Of a stretch of 64,000 nucleotides of DNA, positions 61,974 through 64,000 are shown one piece after another. The stretch is taken from the NCBI GenBank assembly GCA_963924565.1, contig OZ004612.1:7378001-7442000 (forward strand), written 5' to 3'. Position 1 is the first letter of the stretch; each line of letters begins with the position of its first letter. This stretch comes from Ascidiella aspersa. Its lineage: Eukaryota. Under the pieces are notes generated by a model. The model was not told the DNA's origin, made no database searches, and saw nothing but the letters and a program-made list of their open reading frames with translations. The position numbers were made by a program, and so were the translations under genes.

Positions 61974-64000
61974 GAGTAGACTATTTTGCCAAATTATCAC
62001 CCAAAATTTACTACCGTTTCTTAAAACATTTAGTTCAGGGGTGAAATAGAATTTTATTAGCAGAACTATGACAAATTTTTTTACCGAGACGCATGAATTT
62101 TTTCAGAGATGACGTCACAAAATAACGTCATAACAAGGTATCATAAACACGTGATCTAAGGAACCTGAGGTTATAGTTCGAGATAGTGCAGAAATATGCA
62201 ACTAAAATCTGTGCTAAAGGCATTCAGGGAAATGGTGTGATCGCCTGGTAAAACAACGGACATGATCAAGAAAAAAAAAACTTTTTTATTATAAAAAGCT
62301 GTTAGTTCAGCCAGACGCTGGCATTGTTTTGAAGTAAATTGCATACAAAATAAGCAGATTTCAGACATACAACACCTTTAATTGTCATGCATTGTTACGT
62401 CACAAACGATATAGTTAATATTACGTTTGCTACACATTAATGTAGTTTTACTACTTTTAGACAGTTTTTGCTCTTTTGGGTATTGCGTTTAACACTCATT
62501 CAGTTGCTGCTCGAAAAGGTTTGCTAACACTGTTTTTGTGTTCGTTACAGGAGTTAATACATTGGCAAAAGCTAAACAAAAAAGTCCAAACTTTTTGGCC
62601 CCCCAAAAATTTTCGGCTTGCTACGCCACTGCCCGACAGTCTTTTCGGGCAAAATGACTAAATCGCTTGACTAAAATCAAATGTTTCAATTAGATATTTT
62701 TTTGTAAAATAAGGTTATTTTTATGTCAATAGTTTTTTTCTTTCTAAAATTGTTAAATTTTTGTGTTGCTATCAATGCAAAACGTATTTTGTAAGTTTAC
62801 ATTTATATTTATTTGTAATACCAATGTTGGGACTTGAATTTGATTTATTTTGGTAACTAAGGCCCTTTTTACTGTTTTATACCTTTAAGGTATTTTTTTC
62901 ACGTTATTAGTGCAAATTTATTTTAGGGATAAGCTCAGTCACCTCCAATTCTTAACCTAATGTTTTTTTGAAAGATTTGTGTAGTGTGCATGAATTTACC
63001 GACTAAGAGCTATTGTGTTACAGTAACTTTTATGATGTATTTGCTTATGTCAGAGAATTATTGTCTATGCGAAGCAACGCTACTCGCACCAAAGTGTTAA
63101 ATGCTAAATGGTCTGTTCTGCGATTACCTCTGCAGTCAGCAGTTGGATTGTCTGTAGCTATTTAAGACCGCTTTCCGCTTGTAAACTAACTTCTAGCATC
63201 TCCTATATGCTAACTTGTCCGCCTACTATAGTTTCAACTGGCTGTTCGTTTATCTGCTAATACAATTAATAATCACTAGAAGCCTTGTGATTGGCTAACG
63301 AGTTTTACGCACACAACCTTCAAGTCAACTTAAAATTGAGTCAGGAGTTCAACAATTAAACTCGTGCCCCACATTAGCCTCTAGAAATCACTAATACGCA
63401 AATCATGGCTAAATTATATCATTTTCCTACTGGATCGGCACAAAAGTACAGGTATTACTACCTAGAATTGTGTATCGGCCCCGGTTCGATATTATCGGTC
63501 ATGCATGTCTACTGCCAATAAATTGTAACAGCAAATGGACGTCTCTCTATATGCACCCAAACGTCGGGCAACTGAGCCTTTGTGAAATCTTTTTTTACTG
63601 CATGAATGCGTGTCTTTCCATTTTGAAGATGCATTTATTTTGTGCAAAAAGGTAAAAGAAGGAACGAAACGATCGGCGGCAAAGCATTTCAAGTGCACGA
63701 GAGGTACTATACCACTCGGAAGGCCAAACGCTTCCGACATAACCAAGCAAAAAGGAAAAGGGTGGTAAAAAAACGAACAGTGTTGTCGTGTAATGGGTCG
63801 CAAACACGTAAATACGTGTAGCAATAAAAACAAATTGTGACGTATGCTGTCGGCAACACTTGGATCAGGATTGTTGAAGGGTCGGACGTCACAAAGACCT
63901 ATGTCGACGTCATAGGAGCAATCTCTGGACGTTCTGTTATGTCCGAAAGACAGGCTGGTGTCGATAAACAAAAGTTAAAATGGCAGAGTAGAGGAAAGAA

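Noticed and set aside
62595-62631. GCTACGCCACTG transposon-like terminus (similar GCTACGCCCCTG near 21229-21240)
   Set aside because: No matching opposite end or TSD found, so no element could be delimited.
63492-64000. 159-aa minus ORF / possible neighbouring gene end
   Set aside because: No recognisable product or clear splice sites. It may be UTR of an adjacent gene but cannot be supported.

Overview
This is AT-rich metazoan DNA with GT-AG introns. An invertebrate chordate such as an ascidian is my inference and is not proven. The window has three main parts. (1) 1-~2450 is a decayed Ty3/Gypsy pol region (protease-RT-RNaseH-integrase) with frameshifts, stops and mutated catalytic residues. 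(2) 3216-9419 on the minus strand is a TNF-receptor-superfamily gene that the ORF track misses. Seven phase-compatible exons give 296 aa: signal peptide, about 3.5 cysteine-rich domains, Thr/Pro-rich stalk, TM helix and the start of a cytoplasmic tail. Its 3' end is unresolved. (3) ~20181-60430 on the plus strand is a KIF26/vab-8-type (kinesin-11) gene. It has 11 well-supported coding exons plus a probable first exon (4200 nt, 1399 aa) and a 21.6-kb intron. Introns and flanks carry hAT-type non-autonomous elements with 8-bp TSDs, a two-copy fold-back MITE with telomere-like internal repeats, and tandem duplications. The most notable find is two copies of an inverted-repeat element carrying a minimal type I hammerhead-ribozyme motif of the Penelope-like/retrozyme kind (11821-11860, 25100-25139); their complementary mutations rebuild the canonical core. 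Also notable are a DR2-DR2-DR8 cluster of nuclear-receptor half-sites in the large KIF26 intron, a candidate poison/alternative exon, and a CpG-poor to CpG-rich shift between the two genes. No prokaryotic systems or CRISPR arrays were seen. All calls were made by eye, without database searches.
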